Assembly (NCBI GenBank): GCA_041651055.1
Contig: JBAZJW010000001.1
Span: 20,737 to 84,736 of the forward strand
DNA from: Minisyncoccota bacterium
GTDB taxonomy: Bacteria > Patescibacteriota > Minisyncoccia > Phycocordibacterales > UBA5272
Length of the DNA: 64,000 bases
Reading direction: 5' to 3'
The notes under the pieces are model-generated. The model was not told where the DNA came from, searched no databases, and worked only from the letters and a program-made list of their open reading frames with translations. Each line of letters starts with the position of its first letter. The first letter of the stretch is position 1. A program made the translations under genes and the position numbers. This document shows, in pieces, positions 20,189 through 29,008 of the stretch.

Positions 20189-21055
20189 ATGCGCTCTTTG
20201 AGTTTAGGGTTTTTGAAGTCCACCCTAAAGGACTTCGCCATGAATCGGCTCCTGCCGATTCTGCCAGTATGGGCACTGTGCTGGATCTTCGACAACATCA
20301 TGCTTCCGAAGGCAGAAGCTGACAGGAAGCTCGTAGACAAAGCATTCGCAACTCTTGTCGCGAATGAAGTCATACTTCAAGTGCCGGCCTTTTCAAGAAG
20401 AACGACGGGCCCGCTTGTTGTTGCCATGGTTGGCCTTCCTCAATCTGGAAAGACGACGGCCGCGAGGATTCTCGCAAGGCGCGCGGAGCTCTCACACATC
20501 AACAGTAACGATGTGCGTGGCTGGCTTATTGATGCGGGTAGCAATTATGCCAACATCAATGCGCTGGTGCTTTACTTCATGGTGTGCCGACTGGAATCCG
20601 GACTGAACGTGGTCATGGACAGTGATCACATGTTGCCCGGCAAGCGCGCCTTCGTGGAAGCGCTTGCAAAACGAGCGGGTGCACAGGTTGAATTCGTTTC
20701 CATCGAAGTAGAGAAGACTCTTCTTTTGCAGCGAATGTACTCCTTGGAAAACTTCCATCGCCTGTACCACGATGGATTTCGTCGTCACGATCCATCGTTT
20801 CAGGACAAGACAGTGTCGATTCCCATTCATACCATTCGAACGTGTGTCTGTGGTGAAATCGCAAGGCAGGCGCCGGGGCATGTGAAATACGGCGCAGGTT
20901 TGAAGTCTTTTGCTTCGCTGTCCAACAACGACACAAAGGAAATTTTGATCCTGGAAGCCGAGCACGTCGCCCGCAGATTGCTGATGACCTATGGCAACCA
21001 ATGTACCAAGGAGTCTGTTCGTCAAGATGTCATTGGCGAAATGAAGGCATGGTGA
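20189..21055 (+). CDS. P-loop kinase (AAA_33/zeta-toxin-like fold), GC-rich
   Basis: Walker A VAMVGLPQSGKTT; GGAGGA RBS; GC content far above flanks. Confidence 0.6.
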   Translation: MRSLSLGFLKSTLKDFAMNRLLPILPVWALCWIFDNIMLPKAEADRKLVDKAFATLVANEVILQVPAFSRRTTGPLVVAMVGLPQSGKTTAARILARRAELSHINSNDVRGWLIDAGSNYANINALVLYFMVCRLESGLNVVMDSDHMLPGKRAFVEALAKRAGAQVEFVSIEVEKTLLLQRMYSLENFHRLYHDGFRRHDPSFQDKTVSIPIHTIRTCVCGEIARQAPGHVKYGAGLKSFASLSNNDTKEILILEAEHVARRLLMTYGNQCTKESVRQDVIGEMKAW

Positions 21056-21236
21056 GTTGTCCGCGATTTTTAGCTTCGGCTGAACTTCGCGGATTTTTTA
21101 TTGTAAATATAGCAATGCTAGCACAGATCTATAGTCCTTCATATTTGTCACCCCAATGAAAATTGGGGTCCAGTGTCCACTGGATTCCAAATTAAATTTG
21201 GAATGACATATACTTTCGTATCTGTATTTTCTGAGC

Positions 21237-22139
21237 TTACTTCACTTCAATGATATGCGCTAAGGGTGCATACTTTTTATTCCATGTCTGTTGGCGTTTT
21301 GCGTATTGCATTGATTTTGTAACGAGCTCCTCTTTCATTTCTTCGGGCGACAGTGCTCCTTCAAGATATTTTCCGATAGTTACATATTCAAGGCCAAATT
21401 TTTTCATATCGTTACTCGTATATCCTTTGCTCATAACATCTCGCACTTCTTCGATCATACCTATGGCGAGACGGCTTTCGAGACGCTTTGTGATACGTTC
21501 GCGTAAGAGTTCACGTGTAGGATTCATGAGATAGATTTCTGTATCATAGAGAAGCGTAGGTGTAGTCTGCGCCGGAACAGTACCGAGGGCGTCGACTATT
21601 TCAAGCGCACGAATGAGACGCACACGATTGTGCGGGTCGATGTTTCCGCTACGTATGGGGTCGCGTGTCGTAAGACGCGCGACGAGCTCTTCGCTTGAAA
21701 GCATTTCAAGTTCTTCGCGGAGTTTTTGGTTCGGAGGAACCGGTGGAGTCGTTGTATCAAAAATAAGTGCGTCGATATATTGTCCTGTGCCACCGCAAAT
21801 GATAGGTGTTTTACCACGAGAGAGAATATCTGCAAGGATAGGGGTAGTGTCGCGCGCGTAGCGCGCGACACTTACCTCATCATGCAGTTCATACACCGAA
21901 AGCATGTGATGCACGACACCTTTCATTTCTTCTTCAGTGATTTTACCTGTGCCGATATCTAAACCTTTGTATACCTGACGAGAATCGGCAGAAATAATCT
22001 CATATTGTATAGGGATGGTGTTTCCTACTTCATCCCTCGAGTTTACTCGGGATAAATTTATGGCTAAATTTACAGCAAAATCACTTTTTCCACTGGCGGT
22101 AGGACCGACCACCACTAGTACTTTAGGGTTTGTTTCCAT
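21237..22139 (-). CDS. miaA: tRNA dimethylallyltransferase
   Basis: VVGPTASGKSDFA P-loop and MiaA-family core. Confidence 0.9.
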   Translation of the reverse strand: METNPKVLVVVGPTASGKSDFAVNLAINLSRVNSRDEVGNTIPIQYEIISADSRQVYKGLDIGTGKITEEEMKGVVHHMLSVYELHDEVSVARYARDTTPILADILSRGKTPIICGGTGQYIDALIFDTTTPPVPPNQKLREELEMLSSEELVARLTTRDPIRSGNIDPHNRVRLIRALEIVDALGTVPAQTTPTLLYDTEIYLMNPTRELLRERITKRLESRLAIGMIEEVRDVMSKGYTSNDMKKFGLEYVTIGKYLEGALSPEEMKEELVTKSMQYAKRQQTWNKKYAPLAHIIEVK

Positions 22140-22162
22140 GTTTGATATACTACATGGTAATT

Positions 22163-22252
22163 AATCATTAGTCGACACTAGTCATTCGTTGTTCGTTAGG
22201 GCGTTAGTCGTTAGGTAATAACGAATAACGAATAACGAAGAACGCCCTAACG
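22163..22252. repeat. CGTTAGG / AACGAAT heptamer arrays in inverted orientation (no internal terminator)
   Basis: cgttagggcgttagtcgttagg taataacgaataacgaataacgaagaacgccctaacg. Confidence 0.7.
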
Positions 22253-22257
22253 AATTT

Positions 22258-22488
22258 ATGCTTATTTTATATACCAAAGACAACTGCACCTATTGCGACA
22301 AAGTAAAAAAAGTTTTTGCTGAACGCTCTATTGCTTACGAAGAAAGAAATATTAAGAATCCAGAATTTTTGAAAGAAGTGCAAGCGCATCATGCACGAAC
22401 TATGCCGTTTTTGGTCGATACTTTTGCGAATGTAGCGATGGGGGAATCAGATGAAATCATTGATTACGCAAGTGAGTATAGTTTTTAA
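22258..22488 (+). CDS. Glutaredoxin-like protein (CTYC active site)
   Basis: 76 aa, CxxC motif near the N-terminus, thioredoxin-fold length. Confidence 0.7.
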   Translation: MLILYTKDNCTYCDKVKKVFAERSIAYEERNIKNPEFLKEVQAHHARTMPFLVDTFANVAMGESDEIIDYASEYSF

Positions 22489-22501
22489 ATAAAATTGAAA
22501 T

Positions 22502-22540
22502 AAAAAAGCGCGCGGTCCAACCAAATGGATCCGCGCACTG
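22502..22540. terminator. Bidirectional terminator (gcgcggtcc...ggatccgcgc)
   Basis: GC stem flanked by an A-run and followed on the minus strand by a T-run. Confidence 0.6.
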
Positions 22541-22556
22541 TGTGGCTGTCGCCGTT

Positions 22557-22838
22557 TCAGGCGACAGCAGATTCTTTCGACTGAATTGCTTCTGCAAGTA
22601 GTCGGGCAACCCTGAACTCACCTTCGTGGCTCAAGTAGTGATTGATGTCGCCCACGACATCAATCAGCCCTTTTCTTTTCAGCGAATCCCTCAGGCGTGC
22701 GAGATGGGAGATATTGCATCCGTACCCATCTTTGATCAGCATTTCTTTAATGCCGGCGAGGTCTTTTCCGGATTCATGCGATAGTGCAAGCAGTATCGCA
22801 TCTTCTGAAATTCCGGCCGCATGAATTATTTTTCTCAT
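22557..22838 (-). CDS. Hypothetical small protein (paralog of 22868-23134)
   Basis: Shared IKEML..K motif with the neighbour; GC-rich region. Confidence 0.45.
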   Translation of the reverse strand: MRKIIHAAGISEDAILLALSHESGKDLAGIKEMLIKDGYGCNISHLARLRDSLKRKGLIDVVGDINHYLSHEGEFRVARLLAEAIQSKESAVA

Positions 22839-22867
22839 TGGAGATTCTTGGTTTTGACCGTTACCAA

Positions 22868-23134
22868 TTAACCTGCCATGACGGGGACTGTCGCCAACTG
22901 TTGTTGACCAAGGGGTGTCAGGGTATGGACGTACCCCGTTTGTTCGACGAATCCTTTGGTCACCGCTTCGGTCCGTGCTTTCGCAACGTCCAACAGCGTG
23001 AAGGTGATCTCTGGGTATTTTTTAGCCAGCATCTCCTTGATGCTGCTGATCGTGCATCCACCCTCGATGGACTGGTTGTTTGCAACAATCTCAAGGAAGT
23101 CGCTTTCACTTACCAGGTTTTTGTTAGGGACCAT
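22868..23134 (-). CDS. Hypothetical small protein (paralog of 22557-22838)
   Basis: GGAG RBS; paralogous to the neighbour. Confidence 0.45.
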   Translation of the reverse strand: MVPNKNLVSESDFLEIVANNQSIEGGCTISSIKEMLAKKYPEITFTLLDVAKARTEAVTKGFVEQTGYVHTLTPLGQQQLATVPVMAG

Positions 23135-23279
23135 TTTAAAGAATCTCCGGTAGTTCTGCCTTCCAAAATTGGTCGGTCAGGTTTTGTATACTAACACTCA
23201 ATTCAACTATTGTAAAGTATTCATTGTGAATATAAAAGGCCACCGTGGGGTGGCCTTGATTGTGCGCACCTTGTTTTGG

Positions 23280-23630
23280 TTACGCGCAGGCTTCTTCTTT
23301 GATGTTCGGAGACGTCGACCATCCAAGATGGGCGGGCCTCCATTGCCCGATTTCATCAAGGAATTCCTTGCCGGAATCCGTGATCTCGAAAACTGCATGT
23401 CCACGTTCATCGTCCGAACGATAGATGTAGTTGTCGCGGGCAAGCTCAGAGCAAGGGTGTTCGATGCCCCCAATTTCGTAGAGCTTGCCAAAAAGCTTTG
23501 CCACTTCGGATTGAATACTTTCTCTGGCCAAAGGGCCCGACGTGTACAAAACATGCAGAATGCGTGCATGGCGCTTCGCAACGGTTTCAATTTGAAGTGG
23601 CGGCACAGGGCTGATCGTAAACTGATTCAT
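23280..23630 (-). CDS. Hypothetical protein
   Basis: AGGAG RBS 6 nt upstream; GC-rich. Confidence 0.5.
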   Translation of the reverse strand: MNQFTISPVPPLQIETVAKRHARILHVLYTSGPLARESIQSEVAKLFGKLYEIGGIEHPCSELARDNYIYRSDDERGHAVFEITDSGKEFLDEIGQWRPAHLGWSTSPNIKEEACA

Positions 23631-23645
23631 TCGATGCTCCTAGGT

Positions 23646-23677
23646 ATTCTGTGTTTCGAACAACCGAAACACAGAAT
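23646..23677. promoter_or_regulatory. Perfect 13-bp inverted repeat ATTCTGTGTTTCG-N6-CGAAACACAGAAT upstream of the 23280-23630 gene
   Basis: Perfect palindrome 16 nt upstream of the start; candidate operator. Confidence 0.4.
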
Positions 23678-23900
23678 ATAAATACTACTACGACTTTTCC
23701 CTTTCGTAAAGAAATACGGTATAATCACCATTACTTGCCGGAGTGGTTCAAGGAACGAAGGTGACGCAGACGTCCGTAGCTAGCAAGCGAATTAGCAAAT
23801 TCGTGGCTTGGCCCTAGGACGATGAATGGTTCCATTCCGTACAGATGTATAATACTTATGTAATGATATATGAGTAAAAATAAACAATAAAAATAATAAT

Positions 23901-23981
23901 GCCGGAGTGGCGGAATGGTAGACGCGCACGACTCAAAATCGTGTATCGCAAGGTGTGAGAGTTCGAGTCTCTCCTCCGGCA
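23901..23981 (+). tRNA. tRNA-Leu(CAA), no encoded CCA
   Basis: Cloverleaf hand-folded: acceptor gccggag/ctccggc, anticodon loop ctCAAaa, long variable arm, T-loop ttcgagt. Confidence 0.85.
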
Positions 23982-23984
23982 CAT

Positions 23985-24030
23985 ACAAAGAAAAATACCT
24001 CATTTAATAATGAGGTATTTTTCTTTGTAT
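23985..24030 (+). terminator. 20-bp perfect hairpin terminator after tRNA-Leu
   Basis: acaaagaaaaatacctcatt / aatgaggtatttttctttgt. Confidence 0.7.
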
Positions 24031-24070
24031 AGTGTTGGGTACGAGAAAGCAAGCCAACTGCTTGGCTTGC

Positions 24071-24153
24071 GGAGACGAGAATACGGGGTCGCGAAACTAC
24101 TTCGATCCGCCAGCTGGCGGAGAGGTAGTTTTGTGACCGAGTCCCACCTCCGA
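24071..24153 (+). repeat. tRNA-linked hairpin element copy E1 (conserved GAATAcGGGGTCGCG ... GGTAGTTTTGTGACCGAGTCCC; 3' arm resembles the tRNA-Leu(CAA) T-arm)
   Basis: Shares arms with E2, E3 and E6; loop carries its own palindrome tccgcc-agct-ggcgga. Confidence 0.6.
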
Positions 24154-24167
24154 CAAATACTCAGAAA

Positions 24168-24192
24168 AAGCCTTATTTTAAAGGCTTTTCTC
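24168..24192 (+). terminator. Terminator hairpin (aaaagcctt-atttta-aaggctttt)
   Basis: Hairpin plus T-run. Confidence 0.55.
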
Positions 24193-24353
24193 TATTGACT
24201 TTTAAAGTATATTGTGCTATGATACATAGGCTACTAAATAAATTTAGAGAATCGCTGAATAAGCTTTTCTCGGATTAATTTAGGGTTGTTTCTGAAGGGG
24301 TGGTCATACTCATTCGGAAGCATTGTACTTTGCACAACCAAAAAGGAGTGCAC

Positions 24354-24756
24354 TATGACTACTTCGAAAGAAGCGTTTGATTTAGCTCTTGCCTTCACGG
24401 GAAAAAGCGTCGTCGTTCGGAACATCAAGACCGGCGATAAGTTGGCCATGGATCTGATCCAGCTGATTCCGGGACTTCCTGTGATCGGCGTCTGCTTGCA
24501 TAACGGCGAGCCCAAGAACTGGTCCTCAACACCAGTTACCTTTATCACTGCCGGTGATTCTAGTGGGCCTGGAGAGTTGGCCGACGGCGAACTGATGGTT
24601 CGCACAACTTCTGGGGGATATATTTTGTCACCTGTGTTGTCCAGTGGACGCATGCAGGGCGGAGTGATCTTCGAAGAGAAGGTGTACTGCGGTATCACGC
24701 GCTCAGTCTCGAGCAGGGTTGAGGTTAGCTTTTACCATCACGGTCACAAGGGGTAA
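24354..24756 (+). CDS. Hypothetical protein, GC-rich
   Basis: AAAGGAG RBS; no family recognised. Confidence 0.5.
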
Positions 24757-24759
24757 TAT

Positions 24760-25123
24760 CATGCAAGTCAAAGACTACATCGCGAGCCGCGAATCGTTCG
24801 TCAAAAACGGAATACGGTTCCAGATCGTCTCCGTTGCAGGGGGTGCCGACACGCACATGTCTGACAGGATGATGTGCTCAAGCATTCGTAAGTCGAACAA
24901 GGAAGGAACCAACGGCGTGAGGATTCCTTACACCGGTGGTTTCATGCCAGGCTTCTATGCTTTCATGACCGAATCGGACCTTTCCAGGGCCGTGGATGTC
25001 TTGGCTGAGGAATCTCGGGAGAACGAAGTCCAGTTCATTCTGGATGACGAACTCACCGAAGAACTGGGCGCCCGCGCTCGGTACTTCTATCAGATGCGAG
25101 TGCTCCGTTCACGCGTGGTCTGA
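24760..25123 (+). CDS. Hypothetical protein, GC-rich
   Basis: AAGGGG RBS; followed by a terminator. Confidence 0.5.
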
Positions 25124-25140
25124 GTTTTTGTTTCCAACAC

Positions 25141-25170
25141 CCCCGCAGTCTCATGACTGCGGGTTTTTTA
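25141..25170 (+). terminator. Rho-independent terminator (cccgcagtc-tcat-gactgcggg-tttttt)
   Basis: Perfect 9-bp stem plus T-run. Confidence 0.85.
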
Positions 25171-25243
25171 TGTTTAATCTTCTTAAAAACCAAAAAATAA
25201 TTTATCTTCCTCTTTACTATAAACTGTCGACTCTAGACTATCT

Positions 25244-26416
25244 TTGATATACTCTCCTCATAATCATATGGCAGGACAAATCGAAGGCTCAATTTTTTGG
25301 ATAGAGATAGACAAAATTATACCGAACCCGTATCAACCACGGCGTGAATTCGATCAGGACAGATTGAAGGAGCTTTCGGATAGTATTCGTCAGTACGGAG
25401 TGCTGCAACCACTTGTGGTTTCTCGTCAGGAGACAATGCTCGAAAATGGCGGTGTAAAGGTGGAATACGAGCTCATTGCAGGAGAACGTCGTCTTCGCGC
25501 TTCCAAGCTCGCTGGACTCACTCAGGTGCCTGTGGTGGTGCGTACAGGGGACGACAGTAGAGCAAAACTCGAGCTTGCTATCATCGAGAACCTTCAGCGT
25601 GAAGATTTGAATGCCGTCGAACGTGCTCAGTCCTTTCAACGTCTTGCAGATGAGTTCAAGCTCACCTGGGCAGATGTCGGACGAAAAGTAGGAAAGAGTC
25701 GTGAGTATGTTTCCAACACGGTGCGTATTCTCATGCTTCCTCAGGATATTCTAGACGCTCTTTCAAAAGGGCAGATTAGCGAAGGACATACTCGCCCACT
25801 TCTCATGCTCATCGATAGACCAGCAGAGCAGATGACACTCTTCAAAGAAATGATGGTGCGAAAAATGACCGTGCGCGAGGCAGAGCAAATTGCTCGTCGT
25901 ATCGCTTTTGAAAAAGTTCGTAAAAAGGATTTGTTTATGACGCCAGAAGTAGTAGATATGGAAGAACGTCTCGCAGAGACGCTCGGTACACGTGTACAAA
26001 TAGAACCGCGCGAACGTGGTGGTCGTATTTGGATTGATTATTTTTCACACGAAGAATTACTCGCACTCTCTATTGCTATTCGTAAGGCAGGGGAGGAAAA
26101 GACACACAAGGGTATGTTTGATAAATTAAAAGAGGAAGACATGGCGACATTGCAAGCAGTGCCAGATACTGAGCGCTACATCAAGCCGGTGACGGAGTTT
26201 ACCCACCTTGGACAAGAAGAGCACGTAGTGGAGAGGGAAGAGCAAAGAGGTGAGAGTGAAATACATAACGCCGGAGTGACAGAGACATCCAGTGAAGCTA
26301 TTGAAATTGATGATTACAAAACAGAAGCTGTTTCTGCTGATGACAGATCAACAGATGATGTAAAAGCTGAAGAGCAGAATGATGATTTGTACAACGTGAG
26401 GAATTTTGCACTCTAA
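25244..26416 (+). CDS. parB: Chromosome partitioning protein ParB/Spo0J with acidic C-terminal tail
   Basis: ParB N-terminal domain GERRLRASKLAGL, HTH, long Glu/Asp-rich C-terminus. Confidence 0.9.
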   Translation: MIYSPHNHMAGQIEGSIFWIEIDKIIPNPYQPRREFDQDRLKELSDSIRQYGVLQPLVVSRQETMLENGGVKVEYELIAGERRLRASKLAGLTQVPVVVRTGDDSRAKLELAIIENLQREDLNAVERAQSFQRLADEFKLTWADVGRKVGKSREYVSNTVRILMLPQDILDALSKGQISEGHTRPLLMLIDRPAEQMTLFKEMMVRKMTVREAEQIARRIAFEKVRKKDLFMTPEVVDMEERLAETLGTRVQIEPRERGGRIWIDYFSHEELLALSIAIRKAGEEKTHKGMFDKLKEEDMATLQAVPDTERYIKPVTEFTHLGQEEHVVEREEQRGESEIHNAGVTETSSEAIEIDDYKTEAVSADDRSTDDVKAEEQNDDLYNVRNFAL

Positions 26417-26420
26417 GATA

Positions 26421-26528
26421 CGTTAGGGGCTAACAGTTAGGGGTTAGGAGTAGATGCGAAAAAGACAAGAGGCGCGCCTCTTGTCTTGTATTAACCCACA
26501 ACTCCTAACTGCCAACCCCTAACGGCCC
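26421..26528. repeat. GTTAGGG-type inverted heptamer arrays around terminator 26462-26490
   Basis: cgttaggggctaacagttaggggttaggag ... actcctaactgccaacccctaacggccc. Confidence 0.7.
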
Positions 26529-26531
26529 TCA

Positions 26532-28016
26532 TTATCTCGTCAAAAGTTTATCCAAAATACCTCCATGCTCGCGTATGTGTTGGCGAATCTTTCTTTTGGC
26601 AAGTGTGGTGCGTGCCATATCTATCCATTTTCTTTTTGGTGAAGCGCTTTCTTTTACATCAATTTCCACAACGTCACGACTTTGCAGTACGGTGTCGAGT
26701 GGTACGAGCTTTCCATTTACTTTTGCCCCTGCAGTATGGTCACCTATGTCTGAGTGCACAGTGTATGCGAAATCAATGGTCGTCGACCCTTCTGGAAGAT
26801 CTATGACGTCACCTTTTGGTGTTAAAATAAATACACGTTTTTCAAAAAAGTCTGTTTTTAAATTGCTCATGAACTCTTTATGATGTTCGACATCCTTTTG
26901 CCATTCGAGTAATTCTTTGGTCCAGCCAATTTTCTTTTTTATTTCTTGTTCACTACCATTCTTTCCAACTTCTTTGTAATTCAAATGAGAGGCGATACCA
27001 TATTCAGCTTCTTTGTGCATGTCTTTCGTGCGTATCTGTATTTCAAGTGTATTCCCGTCACCAGAAAATATCGTAGTGTGAAGTGAACGGTAGCCGTTTG
27101 GTTTCGGTACAGCAATGTAATCCTTGAATCGTCCAGGAACAGGTCTATAGAGACCGTGAATCACGCCGAGCGCCTGATAACAATCTCCGACAGTGGGCAC
27201 AATGATACGCAGTGCGACGACATCGTGAATTTTTGAGCTATCCATCTTATATCGTTTCAATTTTTGCCACAATGAATAGAGATGCTTCACGCGGTGATCG
27301 ATGCGTTCTATTTCTACATCAAAGGTGGTGAGCTCTTCCTCAAGCGTTGCTACAACTTTCTCTAGTTGCTCGTCAGACACAGGGCGAATGCCTTCGAAAA
27401 GTTCAAGAGTCTTTTTGTATTCCTCTGGATAGACGTAAGGGAAGGCGGCGTCTTCGAGTTGTGCTTTTAAGCGTCCCATTCCGAGTCTATCGGCGAGACG
27501 AGCGTGTATTTCAAGGGTTTCTAAGGCGATTCGCTTTTGCTTTTCTGGAGAAACATATTCTAGTGTCTGGATATTGTGAAGTCTGTCACAGAGTTTAATA
27601 ACCACGACACGGATATCATCTGCCATAGCAACGAAGAATTTTCGAAGTGATTCGACGTGACGTTCTGCTCCTGAATAGCGAAGTTTTCCGAGCTTGGTTA
27701 CACCTTCGACAAGTTTGGTGATATGTTCGCCGAATTCTGCGGTCATTTCTTCATGGGTTATCGAAGTGTCTTCGAGGACATCATGCATGATACCGGCGGC
27801 GATTGTTTCGGCGTCCATTTTGAGTGTTGCTAGGTTGAAGCCCGTTGCGAAGACGTGATTGTAGTAGGGTTCACCGGACTTTCGAAGTTGACCTTCGTGT
27901 GCTTTTTCTGCAAAAACACATGCCCGCAAAATGAGATTCTTATCTTCCTCTTTCATGTCCGGAAGAAGTGCAAAAATGCGGCTTGGGTTTGTGTCTGCAA
28001 AGTTCTGTGATTCCAT
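26532..28016 (-). CDS. rel: Bifunctional (p)ppGpp synthetase/hydrolase, RelA/SpoT family (short form)
   Basis: HD domain HDVLEDT and RelA_SpoT synthetase core ...YRSLHTTI. Confidence 0.85.
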   Translation of the reverse strand: MESQNFADTNPSRIFALLPDMKEEDKNLILRACVFAEKAHEGQLRKSGEPYYNHVFATGFNLATLKMDAETIAAGIMHDVLEDTSITHEEMTAEFGEHITKLVEGVTKLGKLRYSGAERHVESLRKFFVAMADDIRVVVIKLCDRLHNIQTLEYVSPEKQKRIALETLEIHARLADRLGMGRLKAQLEDAAFPYVYPEEYKKTLELFEGIRPVSDEQLEKVVATLEEELTTFDVEIERIDHRVKHLYSLWQKLKRYKMDSSKIHDVVALRIIVPTVGDCYQALGVIHGLYRPVPGRFKDYIAVPKPNGYRSLHTTIFSGDGNTLEIQIRTKDMHKEAEYGIASHLNYKEVGKNGSEQEIKKKIGWTKELLEWQKDVEHHKEFMSNLKTDFFEKRVFILTPKGDVIDLPEGSTTIDFAYTVHSDIGDHTAGAKVNGKLVPLDTVLQSRDVVEIDVKESASPKRKWIDMARTTLAKRKIRQHIREHGGILDKLLTR

Positions 28017-28100
28017 CTCTTTACTATACAGTTTCTCGTTTTTAGTTTCAAGTTTTTAGTAAACAAAAAAGTGGCCCACCAATTGATGGACCACCCGAAG

Positions 28101-28805
28101 TTACATGCGGCGATTAATGCCGAAGATATAACCTTTGATATTCAGTTCATTGAAGAGCGACCGTGATCGTAAAGCGGCCTTCTCCTTCTGTTCTGCTTCG
28201 CAGGAAATCAGACGGAGAACTCCTAGTGCAAATGAAAACAGCTGACGAGGTCGTTTCTCGAGAACGGTTTCGATACGCTCAAGAGCTTTCCCTTCTATGG
28301 TTGAACCGATCTTGTGGTATTCGGCCGACATGAGAGTGATACGTTCCGGCAAATTCGGATGTTTCTTGTCCATCTTTGTGACTTTGCCTTCGTACCACTC
28401 GAGGTACAGGGCTCCACCGTTGGTTAAGCAGAATCGCGTGAGGAGCTGTACGTCTCCCAGTTCCCAAGAGGCTTTCGGCTCTTTGAATTCAGGAAGAAGT
28501 ACATAGTCGGCACTCAGTGTTGCTATCCGGGTTTGCGTGTTGTAGTCTGAGTCACTTGGACGAAGACCAGCATCCATGCCTTGAATGTAGTACCGCCGCA
28601 CACTATGTGTACTCAAGGGGTCACCGAAGTTGTCCGAGTGCCACGAACGAAAACCTGTGCCGCCTTTGTGTCCACCGCTATAGTGACTCTCCAAAGGTCT
28701 GACATACATTCGAAGTAATTTCAGGCGTTCGAACACGTTTAGTTCATCGATAGAGACGCTGACGTCTCCATCGGCGATCCCGACCACGTCAAGCTGACTT
28801 TTCAT
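28101..28805 (-). CDS. Hypothetical protein, GC-rich
   Basis: AAAAGGAG RBS; no family recognised. Confidence 0.5.
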   Translation of the reverse strand: MKSQLDVVGIADGDVSVSIDELNVFERLKLLRMYVRPLESHYSGGHKGGTGFRSWHSDNFGDPLSTHSVRRYYIQGMDAGLRPSDSDYNTQTRIATLSADYVLLPEFKEPKASWELGDVQLLTRFCLTNGGALYLEWYEGKVTKMDKKHPNLPERITLMSAEYHKIGSTIEGKALERIETVLEKRPRQLFSFALGVLRLISCEAEQKEKAALRSRSLFNELNIKGYIFGINRRM

Positions 28806-28984
28806 GGTCTTTCTCCTTTTGCTCATTAAAGAGCTTTGGTTAACCGGAATACACCGGCACTTGTATCATCCTATTATTTTGTAGATATAAAGTCAAAAAA
28901 GTAATAGATAGTTATGTTTATGGAAAATACGAAAGAAACAGAGCCTTCGCCAGCAGGCGGAGGCTCTGTTTCTTGTGTTGTATG

Positions 28985-29008
28985 AACTAATTACCAATAA
29001 CTAATTAC
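28985..29008. repeat. TAATTAG-type heptamer array (aactaattaccaataactaattac) just past the topA stop
   Basis: Near-identical to the 62840-62870 inverted-repeat arm. Confidence 0.6.

Noticed and set aside
22784-23681. Plus-strand ORFs 22784-23194 and 23169-23681, and minus ORF 23207-23590
   Set aside because: They are in a GC-rich region where long spurious frames are common. The minus-strand genes chosen have RBSs and a paralog pair supporting them. The rejected frames are Arg/Cys-rich and lack RBSs.
17781-26528. Possible CRISPR array (short direct repeats CGTTAGG / TAATTAG)
   Set aside because: The units are 7 nt with no unique spacers. They occur as direct plus inverted arrays around terminators and there are no cas genes, so this is not CRISPR.
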